64,000 bases of DNA. Origin: Moniliella sp. 'wahieum'. Lineage: Eukaryota. The stretch covers positions 124,001-188,000 of the forward strand of contig RSEE01000048.1 in NCBI GenBank assembly GCA_003971905.1, written 5' to 3'. The notes below the pieces were generated by a model. The model ran no database searches. It was given only the letters and a program-made list of their open reading frames with translations, and had not been told where the DNA came from. How positions within the stretch are numbered: position 1 is the stretch's first letter; the number at the start of each line of letters is the position of its first letter. A program made the translations under genes and the position numbers. Below, piece by piece: positions 34,799 through 47,260 of the stretch.

Positions 34799-36496
34799 AT
34801 GGCCACCGGCGTCCGCTTGCTGCCGTCCCGGCCGTGTCCGCTACGCCCGACCCCCTCCGCGGCGAGGCGCCGCCTGACGAGTATGCCGAGCCAGCTGCCA
34901 TCGCTCGCATGCAGCGCACCATTGCCTCCTGGCAGCGCGTCCCGCCCTTTGTGCGCTACATCCTCTCGCGCGCCCTCACCGCCTCCTGCCGCCTCGAGCT
35001 CCACACATCCGTCTCGCTCTCCATCCAGCGTCTGCGCGCCTATCAGTGGACCCGCCAGGACAAATTCAAGTACACCTTCATGGTTGCCCTCTCCATCTTC
35101 AGCCTCTTCATCATGAAGGTGCCTGGCTTCCCGCTCAAACTGCTTTCCCCCTGCTGTATGCCGTTGCCATCCTGGTGCCCGTCACCAGCCAGTTCTTCCT
35201 TCCTGCCGCCCCATCTTGTGCTGGCTTCTTTTCTACTACTCCTCCCAGTTCATCCCACCTGCCGACCGGCCCCATATCTGGGTCTCGCTCCTACCTACTC
35301 TAGAGACCGTCTGGTACGGTGCATCCATCTCTGAGATCCTTACCAACTTTGGCCATCCTATCCTCGACATTTTTGCCTGGATTCCCTATGGCCTTGTTCA
35401 CTTTGCTGGGCCCTTTATTGTGGCGGCCCTCCTCTTCATCTTTGGTCCGCCCGCCAGTGTCAAGTTTTTTGCAGCGGCTTTTGGTTTCCTCAACATCTTT
35501 GGTGTTGTCATCCAGATCTTGGTGCCATGTGCGCCGCCTTGTATGTACCTGCACCCCCTCTCGATACCATTTCACTGACACACTTGGATGCCAATAGGGT
35601 ACGAACTCCGCGAGGGCTTGACCCCGGCCAACTATGGCATGAAGGGCTCCCCAGCCGGCCTCGCGCGGATTGACCGCTGTTTGGTGGACATGGCTACACC
35701 CTCACCTTTACGAATGCGCCAGTACCGTTTGGTGCTTTCCCCTCGCTTCATTCGGGTTCGGCCACGATGGAGGCGCTGATGCTTTCCTACTTTTTCCCCG
35801 TCGGCGTCACACTGTACAAGAGTGCCAAGCGCCACGTTCGACTCGACATGCGTGTGGTCTACTGGGCATGCCAGTTGGCTGTACTGGTGCACCATGTACC
35901 TCATGCACCACTATCTCATCGATCTTGTTTGGCGGCTGTTTGGCAACGATCTGTTTCTATGTTTTCCTCTCGGATGAGATGCGCGAAGCGATGGAGCTGC
36001 ACTACGCTTACCGTTCATCCTCCCCGGCACCGCTATCGGCCGCGCCTGGTGTGCTGCGGCCTACATCGGCCTTTGGTGTGCGACGTGATGGACGAGTGGT
36101 GTTGCCGGACGCGGAGGACTATGCTTTACCGCATACGATGTCCCGGGGAGCTCGGATTTGGACCCCGAATCCGGCGCCCCCTACAAGCCTAGCACCCTTT
36201 TCGCCCTGGACGACCCCGACCTGGACACGAGCGGGGACGGGGAAGGAGAACAATTGCAGATGGCCCCATTGCTCGGAGCTCGGTCTACCGCCCAACTCCA
36301 ACCCACTGTTTCGCCCCGGCGTACCCCTTCGCCCCACCCTTGCACCCGCTCGACCAAGACTCTCCGAGCCCCAAGGCAAGGTGATTGCTCGGCCCTGTCA
36401 TGCACCCACTTTGCCCATTCGGCCTTAGACCTTCCAATCTCTTTAAGTCTGCTCCCTGGCCTATGTCCTACGGTGTGGCCCGTTCAATTGGCATGA
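34799..36496 (+). CDS. AUR1: Inositol phosphorylceramide synthase
   Basis: RPHIWVSLLPTLETVWYGASISEIL, ILDIFAWIPYGLVHF, PCAPP|WYE (intron 35541-35597), GSPAGLARID, FGAFPSLHSG, MYLMHHYLIDL. Confidence 0.95.
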
Positions 36497-36574
36497 GTTT
36501 TGTTTAAAAAAAAAACCCGCGCGTCTCGATAGCCATCGTTAGATGCTTCTTTGATTTTGGAAAGCTTGTAGTTC

Positions 36575-39167
36575 TTAGCCACTGCCTGTGATGGGCTCGA
36601 CAAACGCTCTGGCCACCAGCGCATCCACATCTGTCACGCGATTGCGCGGCTCGGCAGGGATGAGGCCCAACTCAAGTGCGGCAGCCAGGTCAGCCGACCT
36701 CACATCCTCGTCCTCATCCTCATCCGCAGCCGCCCCCTCGGCCGACGAGGGGGAAATGTGAGCGGCCCACCAAGTGCGACCCCAAACGGAGCGCGCCAAC
36801 CAGCGGCGGAGCGAACGGAGATGGGTGTTCCATTGCGGTGCCACATCTTGCTCGCGCGCCTCGAGGCGGGCACGACGGAGGCACTTGCGTACCACGCGGT
36901 CACTTGCCTTGGGCTCTGCCGCTGGCTCCGCCTTGCGTGCCAACAACAATGCCACCACCGTCTGAGCCATGCGCTTCATGGATTCGGCAATGTCGCCCAA
37001 CTGGTCCAACGCCACGTCGGTATCAAACGCACCAACCGGATCGGAAAGAGGGTAGGCCAGCTCGATCTCCATCTCGTCGCGTTGCAACTCCCTCGTCTCG
37101 GGCACCTGCTCCATCTCGGCATCTTCGTACCGCGTCTCGTCCGGGTCAGCTGGGACAGAAGGAGGGGTACCCATATGCGCTTCGTCTCTCGTCTCATCCG
37201 GGTCGGAAGGGGCAAAAGGGGGTTCTTTGGCGCGTTTGTTGGGCTCCTCTGCTTCGTCCTGGGGTCGCTTGTTGGGACGAGCACCGATCGTACGGACCTG
37301 AAACGCGTCCCGTGCCTGGGCCAAGGCCGGCGCAGCCCTGGAGGACAAAATCGGGGGGGTGAAGGTAGCGCGTCAATTCAGAAAACGGCGCCGGAGCAGG
37401 CTGGTCAGGGAAGGTGGCACGATGCAGGGTGAGCTGGTTGACGCGCTGGACATTGAAGCTGTACGCCTCTTCCACGTCAAACCAAGATTGACCATTGGCC
37501 TCTCGCAAGTCCATTGCCTCCACCAGTTCGTCCATCGAGCTTTGCTGGCTCTGCCCCGCCCGCTCGCATCATCGTTGGCGGGAGGGGAAGAGGTGGGAAT
37601 GCATAGTCGCGCATGTCCTCCCGGAAACTCGTGGTGACCATACAGAGTGCCTCAACGCGCCCGGGGCCGTCTTCCACCGCAGGAAGGATGGTGGGGAAAA
37701 GCACCACCAGTTTCGGGTCGGCATTGGCACGAGGGACGTAGCGTGCAAGCGCATAGTCCTTTTCATTCTCCAGGGCTTGCACCAGTGCCGAAAACGTAAT
37801 TTGCGCCCCCGGCACACCTGAAGCCACCACATACGAGGCCGAGCCTAGCATCCACGGACGATAGTACTTGTCTTGATGCCCAAACCGAAGAATTTCAAGC
37901 CCTGGTTTGGTTCGTGCCACTACCATCTCTTCCTCTGCCAACGGAACAATGTCGGCACCAAGTTTGAACCCCTTGAGGCGCACCGTGTCGAGTGGAAGCG
38001 CAGGCAAGTCTCCCTGGCGTCCCAAGGCAACTGCCTCCGACCATTGTGCCAAGTCGTAATACACCTCAGTCCGCGTGATGGGGTTGACTCCTTCGCGCTG
38101 GGCCTGGCTAGGCCGGGCTGAGCTCGGATTCCCCCGCGCGAGCCCAGAGGCATGGTTGCCCCCGTTACATCAACAGAGGAGGACAATTGGGCAGTGATGC
38201 CCGAGGGCAGAGTGATGGCAGTGGAACCGAAAGCTTCTTTGGCCACTGGTACGTCAACCAGGTTTCTTGGGCATCCGGCACGAGGGTTGCCAGCTCGGTG
38301 CGGGAAAGGGGTCGGGAGGCGGGTCCAAGTATGCACTTTGACTGGGATTTGCAGCACATCCGGGGTGGAGTGCCCATTCGAGCCATGGTCGTATCGCCAA
38401 AGGATAAGCTGGTGCTGATGCCCACTGTGGAGCGGGGCATGATCATCGGCATGTGCGCCTGGGCCACCGCTTCGTCGGCCCCGACCAGCGTGCCGGATTC
38501 GGCCAGAGGTTCCAAAAACTGATCCCAAAACTGCCAAGCTTGCCACTGCTTGGGATCCACTTCGTTCTGCGGAGCGCCAAAACCGACACCAATCACTTTG
38601 ACTTCAATCTCCTCGGCCATGAGCTTGCGCTGTACTTGGGTCTGATCCTCAGACGAGATGGGCCCGAGGCCATCGGTGATAATGTATATGGTGCGCGTCC
38701 AACTTTTGCGTTGAGCGGTACCAATCCCAGAGTGGTTCTTGTCCAGCATCGATGTGATAGCGCAGACGAGGGTGTCAATAGGGTCGGCCGCCTCGGGGTC
38801 CAGGTGGGTGGCGGGGTGGATGTGGGAGAGGGAGCGGGCGAGAGCGATGGTGGCGGGGCGGGGGGCCAGATTTCGTTGATGCCGCCGTAGGTGCCAGGCA
38901 GAGCGGGGTCGCTGGCGGCCAGGTTGTTGGTCACGCCCGAGTTGAAGAGCATGATTTCCACCTTGTTGGTTTTCTTCTGGGCCAGCAGCGACATCTGGAC
39001 CTTGTGGATGACCCACTGCATCATGTAGGCCAGGTGCGTGATGTGGCGCGTAGTCTTGCGCACGCCGCCGGGGCACTGGCATCCTCCACCTCCTCCTCCA
39101 CCGCGCGCATGCCGCCCATCGACGGCGACACGTCGATGAGGAAGACAGAGATATGGCGCGACGCCAT
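36575..39167 (-). CDS. KU80: Ku80 DNA end-binding subunit
   Basis: vWA start ISVFLIDVSPSMG, IYIITDG; Ku core KGFKLGADIVP, TKPGLEILRF, FSALVQAL, ALARYV..DPKLVVLFP, FREDMRDYAFPPL; C-terminal helical domain KCLRRARLEA...WNTHLRSL. Confidence 0.9.
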
Positions 39168-39564
39168 GGCGGGCCCGAGAAGAACGCGCGGATGGCCGGC
39201 AGCGTGAGCGCGCCGAGGGAGCGTGTCGTGTTGGTCGCCCGCTGGGGCCCGCACAGTAGATTCCGCCCGTTCCGCCCGCCTGCCCCGGCTGGCCGCTCCA
39301 CGTGGCCGGAGCGAGCTTGAAGGATTACATATTGACACCTGCGCGGCGGCGAGCGCGCGCACTGCACTGGGCCAGTGTGCACCGCTGGCCACCCCTCCGG
39401 CCCCTGCGTGGCTCCACGCATTCAATATTCAGATTCCGATTCGGACTGGACTCACATTTACGATGCTTCAGATGCTTCACACTGCTGATGCAGATCTATC
39501 GCACACCGCCCAGCAACGCAACCCCCTCCACCCGCGGCCCCCCACCACCGCCATCTCCGCCGCG

Positions 39565-42500
39565 ATGGGCCCTGCGTCGCCTGCCCCGCAGCCCCCCCCA
39601 GAGCCCGCGCCCTCCGCCGCCCCCCGCCGCCACGCGCCACCCACCAAAAGTCGGTGCGCAGCCTGACGCGCGACTACGAGCAGCAGCACACGCCGGCCCC
39701 CGTCGCCCAGACCGACGCTGCCGCCGCCCGCAACTCCATCCTCCTCAAGATCCACCGCCGCAAACAGAGCCAGGAGAAGACGCAGCGTGAGTGGGCTGCT
39801 CAGCAGCAGCAGCAGCAACAACAACACACAGCTCCCCTCCATCCACGCCCCCCCTCCGACGATGAAGCGGAGCACGAGCATGCGCACGAGCAAGGCGATC
39901 AGCTCGCCGACTTGCCAGGCGTGGCACGCGCATTGTCCCTCACAGTTCCCGGTGTGCACGCCGCGTCTCCTGCACTCCCCCTCCCCAGTGCACCCCTCTC
40001 CCCAACCCAGCGGCGCGCCCACTCCCGTGCCCACTCGCGCGTGCACTCGCGCAATCTCTCTGTCTTCTTCCCCCGTCCCGGGACCGAAGCCGAAGCCGAA
40101 GCCGACGCAGAACGGGCCCGGGCTACTTACCTTGCCCCCGTGCACGCCCGCACGCCATCCACTGCTCATGCGCGCACGCCCAGTATGTACCAGCATGTGA
40201 CTGAGACGCCTTCCTTCGTTGCGGCCCCCACCCCTCCCTCCAAGTTGGGTCTGGGCACTGCACCGGTCTCTGCGCCCTCTGAATTGGCCCGCCATTCTTC
40301 CTTGACCATCTCCACCTCGGCCAATGTTCTACGTCCAGCAGGCGCGACCAAGCACTGGAACGATCTCCCTCGTTCTGCTTCCTCCGAGTTGGCGTCCCCG
40401 GGCCTGACCCTTCGCCCTCCCAGAGCCGGCGCAAATCCCACCCCCACCGGGCCTCGGTGATGTATCAATTTGAAGCCACCTCGCCTTCGGCGCTGGCCAC
40501 GCCCCAAGCCCCAACACTAGCCGCCAGTCCCTCGGCCGATTCGTATGGCTCTCACGCGCACGATCACGCTCACGCTCATGATCACTCTGCCATGCCCCAG
40601 CCATCCACCCAGCCCACAGCCACGCCCACGATCCTCATCACCATCATCATCATACCCAAAGCACACTGGCCAAGGGTGACAGTGCCACGATCCGGTAGTG
40701 GAAGCCGTCCAGTCAAGTTGGTACACTGGCATTTTACCTTTGCTGCGCGGCCCCAGGGCGGCCGTGCGTTGTTTGGCACAGTCCATTTTCTTCTGGGTGG
40801 TGCACTGTGGGTGATGGGGCAAACCCGAGACTCGCTTGCGCTTGCTGGGTTGGGGTACCTCGTCGTGTTTGATGCGATGGGAGTCTGGTCCGACGTGGTG
40901 GCCCAACTCTCCGAGGGCCCGGCGACACCTCCTCCTGTGGTTGACGCCAATGGGAAAGCACGAGCGGAGGCGCTGCGCAAACCCTATGCCCGAACCAGGG
41001 ACGAGACAGTATGGCAATTTGCCCAGGTCGTGTATCTTTTGTTTGCCGTGTGTACGTGATCAAGGAGTCGGTCGAGCATGCGCTCGTGGCCGGGTCCAGC
41101 GGCGATGATACAGCGGCCTTGGGTGGCGGGGAACACCATGCCACTCCTCATGCCGAGTCGGATGTTGGGGTCGAACTGCCAACCAGTATGATTGCGCTCT
41201 CGATGGCCATGTGTGGGTTTGCGCTCCTGGTTCTGCGCAACCATGCGTCTCTCTCTGGCCGCATCCGGTATGAGCACCGGGCCGGAGGATCGCTGGCCGG
41301 GAATGGGTCCAGTCATCGTCGCTCAGGTTCAGTTTTGGGGACGGCATCAGGTGCGGTGGTGGCAGCGCCAGTGCTGCTCTGTTGGCCAACCCGTTCGGAA
41401 CGCTGGTGCTTTTCTTTGCTGCCTCGCTGTTGGCCGCCTCGCTGGCCATGCCACTGGCGCAAGTTGCTGCGTGCGCTGGACAAGGTCTTGGCTGGGCTCG
41501 AGGCGGTCGCGATGCTGTCGATTGCCTCGCCAGCGGCCAAGCAGCTGGGACTCGTTTTGCTCAGAGTCCGCCGCCGCCAATGCAGGGCAGTACGTGCAGC
41601 TGGTCAAGGCGCTGCAGAACCTGCAAGACCACCCCCTCGTTGCTTCTATTCCCCTCCCAAGGTGTGGCAGCTGACTCCACCTGCAGCGGGGGCCAGCGCT
41701 GGGGCATCGACGGGTACAGGCCTGCTTTCCAGTTGGGCTGCTCGCCAACGGGTCCCGCCGCCAACGCATCGCTGATCGCCCATGTTACAATCTTTGTCCA
41801 GCCCGATGCGAGCGTGAGCGACGTGGCGACGATTACCCAATTGGCATGGGAACGCTGTGCGCCGTCGGTGGGGGCGCTTTCGGCGGCCGGCAGCAAGTTC
41901 CTGCGCCACCAGGCACGCGTCTACGAGGCTCGCTTCGAGCTGGCGAGCTCCTGGTCTCTGTCTCGAGGTGGGGAGCCATGGAGCAATTTCGTGAGAGTTG
42001 GGCGTGATGCTATGGACCATGATCACGGCCATTGTGATCACGACCACGATCACGATCACGATCACGATCACGACCATGGTCATGATCATGATCATGGCAT
42101 ACGCATGGGCATGGGCATGGGCATGGCATGACCACCAACATGGCCCTGGGCACCACCACGACCATGGCCATGGCCATGACCACCCGCATGACCCTGCTCA
42201 CCATGCTCATGCTCATGCTCACCCTCCTGGCGTCGACGGAGCAACCCACAATCATTCCCACGTCTCCCCCCACGCGGACGGGCACGTTCATGGGCAGGAG
42301 GTCCATTCCCATGACCGCTATGCCCCCCTCCACGCCCACTCTCATACTCTTGGGACCCAACACGATCACCATGGCCATGCGCCCGAGTCCGGTCCACATG
42401 AAGCTACGCTACACACAGCACTACGGCCCACGCCCACGCTCCAGCCGGCGCACCGCGTCCCCGAGTCAGTGCTGGGCCTCGGGGTCACGCTCACACGGAC

Positions 42501-42630
42501 ACGCAGATTGGAATGCCGTTGCTGTAAGCGAGATGGGGAACCAGAACAGAACGGTCGGCATCGCCCTCGCTATAAAAGAGCTGAGGGGGAAGGGGGCTGC
42601 GTTTTCCTCCTCCCCTCGCTCGGCATTTGA
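39565..42630 (+). CDS. Cation diffusion facilitator zinc transporter, Zrg17-like, with long His-rich tail
   Basis: RRAHSRAHSRVHSRNLSVFFP; HFLLGGALWVMGQ..SLALAGLGYLVVFDAMG; QFAQVVYLLFA..YVIKESVEH; His-rich C-terminus. 3' end approximate. Confidence 0.82.
42017..42400 (+). repeat. His-rich low-complexity tail, (gatcac)n / (catggc)n
   Basis: DHDHGHCDHDHDHDHDHDHDHGHDHDHG...HDHQHGPGHHHDHGHGHDHPHDPAHHAHAHAH. Confidence 0.9.
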
Positions 42631-43043
42631 CACGCATTTCACACCTGGAACGGAGACGCAGTACTTGTGCTTACGCACATACGCATATACAGACGCCGCG
42701 GTGGCGGGCCTCTCGTAGCAACGTGCTGGGCGCAGGCGGCGGTGGCGCGGTGGCGGCGCGGCGACGAAGGAGGACAGTCAGAGAGACGCCGCCAAACCCA
42801 CGCGCCCTCGCCCACCCCGCAGCACAATGTGAAGCTAGACATCCCACGTTGACACAGGCGCTGCGCCTTCCTTCAGCCGGTGATTTCATCATGACGTCAT
42901 GTCCCCGATGCTCGCCGCGGTTGCCGCACGTCCCCGGCCACTACTCACATACTTATGCATCCGCAGATGAGCCAAAATTCACGCCGCCCCAACCCCAACT
43001 CCAACTCCAACCCCCACCTCCACCCTCACCCCCACCTGCCCCC

Positions 43044-43721
43044 ATGCTCGCATGCCCAGTCAGCCCCTCGAGCCACGGAACCTGCCCAGTTTCTGCTGCG
43101 CCCGGCTCTGTCCAGCTCCCGCGGCCGCACCTGTGTCCCCCTCTGGCGAGACGAGCATCGAGAGTGCTATGGGCAATGCCACGCCCGAACCGCGAGCGGC
43201 GCTGGGGCGAGACACGCTTGCATTCGCGTCGCAGGTACGTGTGCTATACTTTGCGCTTGATGGGGGTGGTTGACTGACACGCGACACACGGGGCGCAGAT
43301 GTTTGATCTGGCAAGGGCAGGCGATACCAAATTGCTCGCCTACGTTGCTGCTGGGTTGCCCGCGGACCTCACCAACCAGCGGGGCGATTCGCTGTTGATG
43401 CTGGCGTGCTACTATGGCCATCTGGATCTGGCACGAGGCCTTCTCTACCCACCCCCGCTGTCCAGGGGCGAGGGCCAAGCGAAGCCCGCCAATCCCAACC
43501 GGTTTAAACGGCAAGGGCCAGTCCATCTTGGCCGGCGCCGTGTTCAAGGGCGAGACGGACGTTGCTCGTCTCTTGGTCGAGGCTGGAGCCGACCCGTTGC
43601 TGGCACACCCAGTGCTCAGGACACCGCGACGATTTTCTCGGCTCAGACAACGTATGAGGCACTCTTTGCTTCGGCCCCAGGGCGAGGCAAGGGTGCCGTT
43701 GAAGCACCAGCGGAACTTTAG
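43044..43721 (+). CDS. Small ankyrin-repeat protein
   Basis: TLAFASQ|MFDLARAGD...GLPADLTNQRGDSLLMLACYYGH...NGKGQSILAGAVFKGETDVARLLVEAGADP; intron 43215-43298. Start approximate. Confidence 0.85.
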
Positions 43722-43966
43722 GACCGGCTTGCGTGCGTCATGGATGGTACCCCCCCCCTCCCCGGAGATTCGTACAATCGCTCATAAAACTTGTCATCAG
43801 GCTGGGTCACCAGGCTCGTTCATCCGGTCGTTACTGCAGCTCACGTGCCTAAAACCCCAGTAGGCACCCTATAGCGTCGCCAGCAGGACAGAACCCTCTG
43901 GTTCTCCCCTGCTCTGGGGTTTTCCAAATTGGATGCAGTGCAAAAGGGTACGCAGGCATGGTGACG

Positions 43967-44523
43967 GGCATATCCTACAGATTATATTATTCCTCCACGA
44001 GGAGGACCACCGGGCCCACGGCCCGGTCAGCTGGGGCGAAGCCCCAGCTGTCCCCAGCTGTGCTGCGTCGCCACCTTAGCCACCGTTCCACCACGCTGGA
44101 ACCCTTCCACGCTGGAAAGACGAAATAATATCACCGATTGTTGCTGCTGGCTGGGACGGGTGGCTGACGTGAGGCTTATGTAAAAAGTGCACAGGCGTTT
44201 CCCATCGCTATATTCTCTAGGGTTGTCCCAGCCTTAAGCTCTGTCAATGAAATGGACGTGCTCTAGGGATTCGCCCTGTGCACTTTTTACATCAGCTGCC
44301 CCGTGCCACGTTCCACGCCACCCCCACCCGCAGCCAGCAGCAAGCATCGGTGATATTATTTCTTTCTCTATGTCGGTGTTGGCGACGGTGGAACGGTGGC
44401 TACGGTGGCGAAGGGGGAACGGTGGCTAAGGTGGCGACGCAGCACAGCTGGGGACAGCTGGGGCGAAGCCCCAGCTGACCGGGCCGTAGGTCCGGTGGTG
44501 GTCCTCCTTGTAAGCGATATGCC
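43967..44523. mobile_element. Non-autonomous foldback/MITE-like element with about 240-bp imperfect inverted arms
   Basis: Left arm blocks ggcatatc, aggaggaccacc, ggcccggtcagctgggg, gtgctgcgtcgccaccttagccaccgttcc, gaaataatatcaccgat, tgctgctggctg and atgtaaaaagtgcacagg recur as reverse complements in 44275-44523, around a spacer of about 60-80 bp. No TSD seen. Confidence 0.85.
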
Positions 44524-46139
44524 AGCTCCACCGAGTATTCATATGTCCAGCTGGATATATTTCCAATGGCCTCCGCCTGGTGGTCTCGGCCTGGTGGCAT
44601 GTGGTATGTCCGCCGTTGCCACGAAAGGTAGAATAGAATTGAGTGCGCTTAATCGAATGGTCTTTGGCATCGGTCTCACATTGACGTAATGCTCAAGGAG
44701 ATGCAGCACCTTCTCCCTGTGTTCCAACAGTGTCGGGTTCTTCCCGTTCGCCCGCTTCCCATCCTTCGTGCTAATCATTACTTATACCCTCTATAATATT
44801 GGTTCCGCTGAAGGGGGCCTGGTCCCCAGTCTACCTCCATCCTGATTCCTTCGCACGCTCTCGGTCAAGCATGGTACGGGGGGCAGTCCGTGTATGCTCG
44901 ATACTCCCCTCCCAAGCTGGGCTTTTTCAGGCTTGCTCCACGACCTCTCCTGCGCGTGCAACAAGATCCTAAGGAAGTGCACAGATTCAAAAGGATTGGC
45001 TCTCGAACTCGTATATACAACCCACTCTTGCGCGGGTGGGCAAGCAGCATGCATTTGTTGATCTCTACTTTCTATATCGGAGGGTGCAAAAAAATGCCAA
45101 CAACCCCATTGCCCGCCGACCTGCACGTGAAGGGTGGGCGGGGCTGGTGATGTGGAGAGCAATTGGGGTTTGTGGGACATAAAGAGGGGTGGGACAAAGG
45201 GGATCGGCGGAACAAAGGAGGGGATGGAGCAAGGATGATCAGTGGACAGGTCCATGTAACGTGAACTACGACGACCCTGTCACAGGCGAGCTCCGCCAAG
45301 GGGCGCACCCAGGTTTATGGGGCACAATCCCTTTGGGAGGCCTTTGCGCGTGAAGCCGTCGTGTGGCAAGGCTGCGTATACACCGCGGCTTGGGTCGTAG
45401 TACTAATGTGTCTGAAGCCTGCGGGGCTTAGGGACGAGTAGAGGCAGTGGAGGACAAATACTGCCAGAGTCGAGGCTGGGCAGGGATGGCTGTCGACATG
45501 GCTGGAAAGGAACCCACGCGATATGCTGTGGTACGGGGAATCGACGCGGCTGAAGGAAGGCTCGCGCGGCTGGGCGAATGGAGAACTGGAGGACGAGGTT
45601 AGAAGATGATGAGGAGGCAGCTAAGCGGAGACGAGAGGTTGCCCGTATTTGATTGGATCGATATTGGCTGGAAACGGTCAGGAGTTGGACAGGAAAAGCG
45701 GGAAGGGACGAGAATGAAAGGTGGGGTAAAGGATCCCCACTGATCAAGGATGCTGACTGTTGGCTGAGCGCTGTGATCCTTTTTGGTAACCCTCTCATGT
45801 CTAAGCCCATCGCACTGGTAAAGAAGTTGACAGAGCGAAGCAGACGAGGCAAGCGAAGGCTGCGAAGGCACTAGTAAGAATATCATCCGATAGTACTTCC
45901 TCGTTGTGTTAGACAGCGGCGGCAGCTGGAGACACACTTGCATATTTACGACGCACCCTGGTGTTCCAATGCGGCCTGTACGAACGTCTGAGGGCTTGGA
46001 GGAGAAGAGGCAGAGGGTCTCGAGTCGGACTTGGTTAAAGAGTCGGACAGCAATCGCATACCGCCTAGTGTACTCATATTGCCGGGAACGATAGTGGACC
46101 GGTCCGTCGACGTTGAGAGAGCTGCGAGACTGGGAGCAC

Positions 46140-47260
46140 GCAAGGTGTTGAACGTTGAACGTTGAACGTTGATAGTAACTGAAAACAGCCACTATACTAT
46201 ACCACAATTCGTAGAGAGCCTACTAGTTAAGCGTTAAGCTTTAAGCGCACTCGCTTATAAGCTCTCTGTGAAAATGACAGGAACTAATGCAACAGTAGGA
46301 TATTATACAGACTGGGAAGGATGTACGATACGTATGGGCAAGACTGGAGAAGGACTAGGTACTAGGGTGGAATCCCGAGGTACCCGGACCCGTCCCGGAA
46401 ACGCGGAAGACATATGAGCGGCCTGTGGAGTCTGCTAGAGGTGAGGATGGGCAATGTTGTGACATAGCGCATGATGCGTGATGGATGATGGATGATGTGA
46501 CACGTAGCCACATCTCGTGTGGTGCATGTGGTGTCGCCTGGTGTCGCAGTCTTAGGTTGTTGACTTGCCGGTTCGGAATTGATCCAATTGAATAAGCGCC
46601 AAGCGCATCATGCATCATGCATCACTAGCACGACGATGTACGGTGACAATGTGCTGTGTGTGAGCATGTGACACGCATGTGACACGTGGCCTACTATCCG
46701 GATCCGATCTCAGAAACAACCGTCTGCGCCTTTCTGCGCCTCTGCCACAGCCCGGCCTCGCGGGATACCGTTTCAAATTATGGCCGCGATCATTGGTCAC
46801 CGGTTACCGGTCTACCGGTCATCGATCTCAGCTGTGGTTTTGAGATCTGAATTCTGAATTCTGAATTCTGAATACCTAACCCTAATCCGTAACGCGTAAC
46901 GCGTAAGGCGCGTAAGGCCAAGGCCTAAGGTAGCGTAGGGCCGGAATATGAATCTTGAAGCTCTTGAAGCTTGAATCCCGGCTCCAAGCTGTCTGCCGCC
47001 ACTGTGACATGTGACATGTGACATGCGCCCGGGCATATGGCCAGTGAGATTACGCGTTACCGGCTACTAGGGTTCTTCAGCGCCTCAGCCTGAGCCGCTC
47101 GGTGCCAGCCGCCCTGGCATCTGCAAGCAGACTGGAAGCTAGTAACTCGCTGAACGTTCAACACGGTAAGCGGGAAACGTTCAGTTGAACGCTTCGCTTG
47201 CTTAGATCTTAGATCTTACTGGTAGTGACTAGTTTTTTACGAGTTGCTAGTGACACAAGT
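46140..47260. repeat. Second cluster of 7-bp palindrome+1 tandem arrays
   Basis: AACGTTg x3 (46151), ATGCATc x2 (46610), ACCGGTt x2 (46799), GAATTCt x3 (46849), ACGCGTa x2 (46892), ACATGTg x2-3 (47007), AGATCTt x2 (47204). Confidence 0.88.

Noticed and set aside
44020..44510. Hairpin element as a hammerhead, HDV or twister ribozyme or a tRNA
   Set aside because: No CUGAUGA/GAAA core, nested pseudoknot or cloverleaf could be built by eye.
44540..46100. Short ORFs right of the foldback element as its transposase
   Set aside because: No DDE, HUH/Rep, helicase, RT or tyrosine-recombinase motif was recognisable.
46875..46886. Telomeric repeat (cctaaccctaa)
   Set aside because: Only two partial units, which is chance level.
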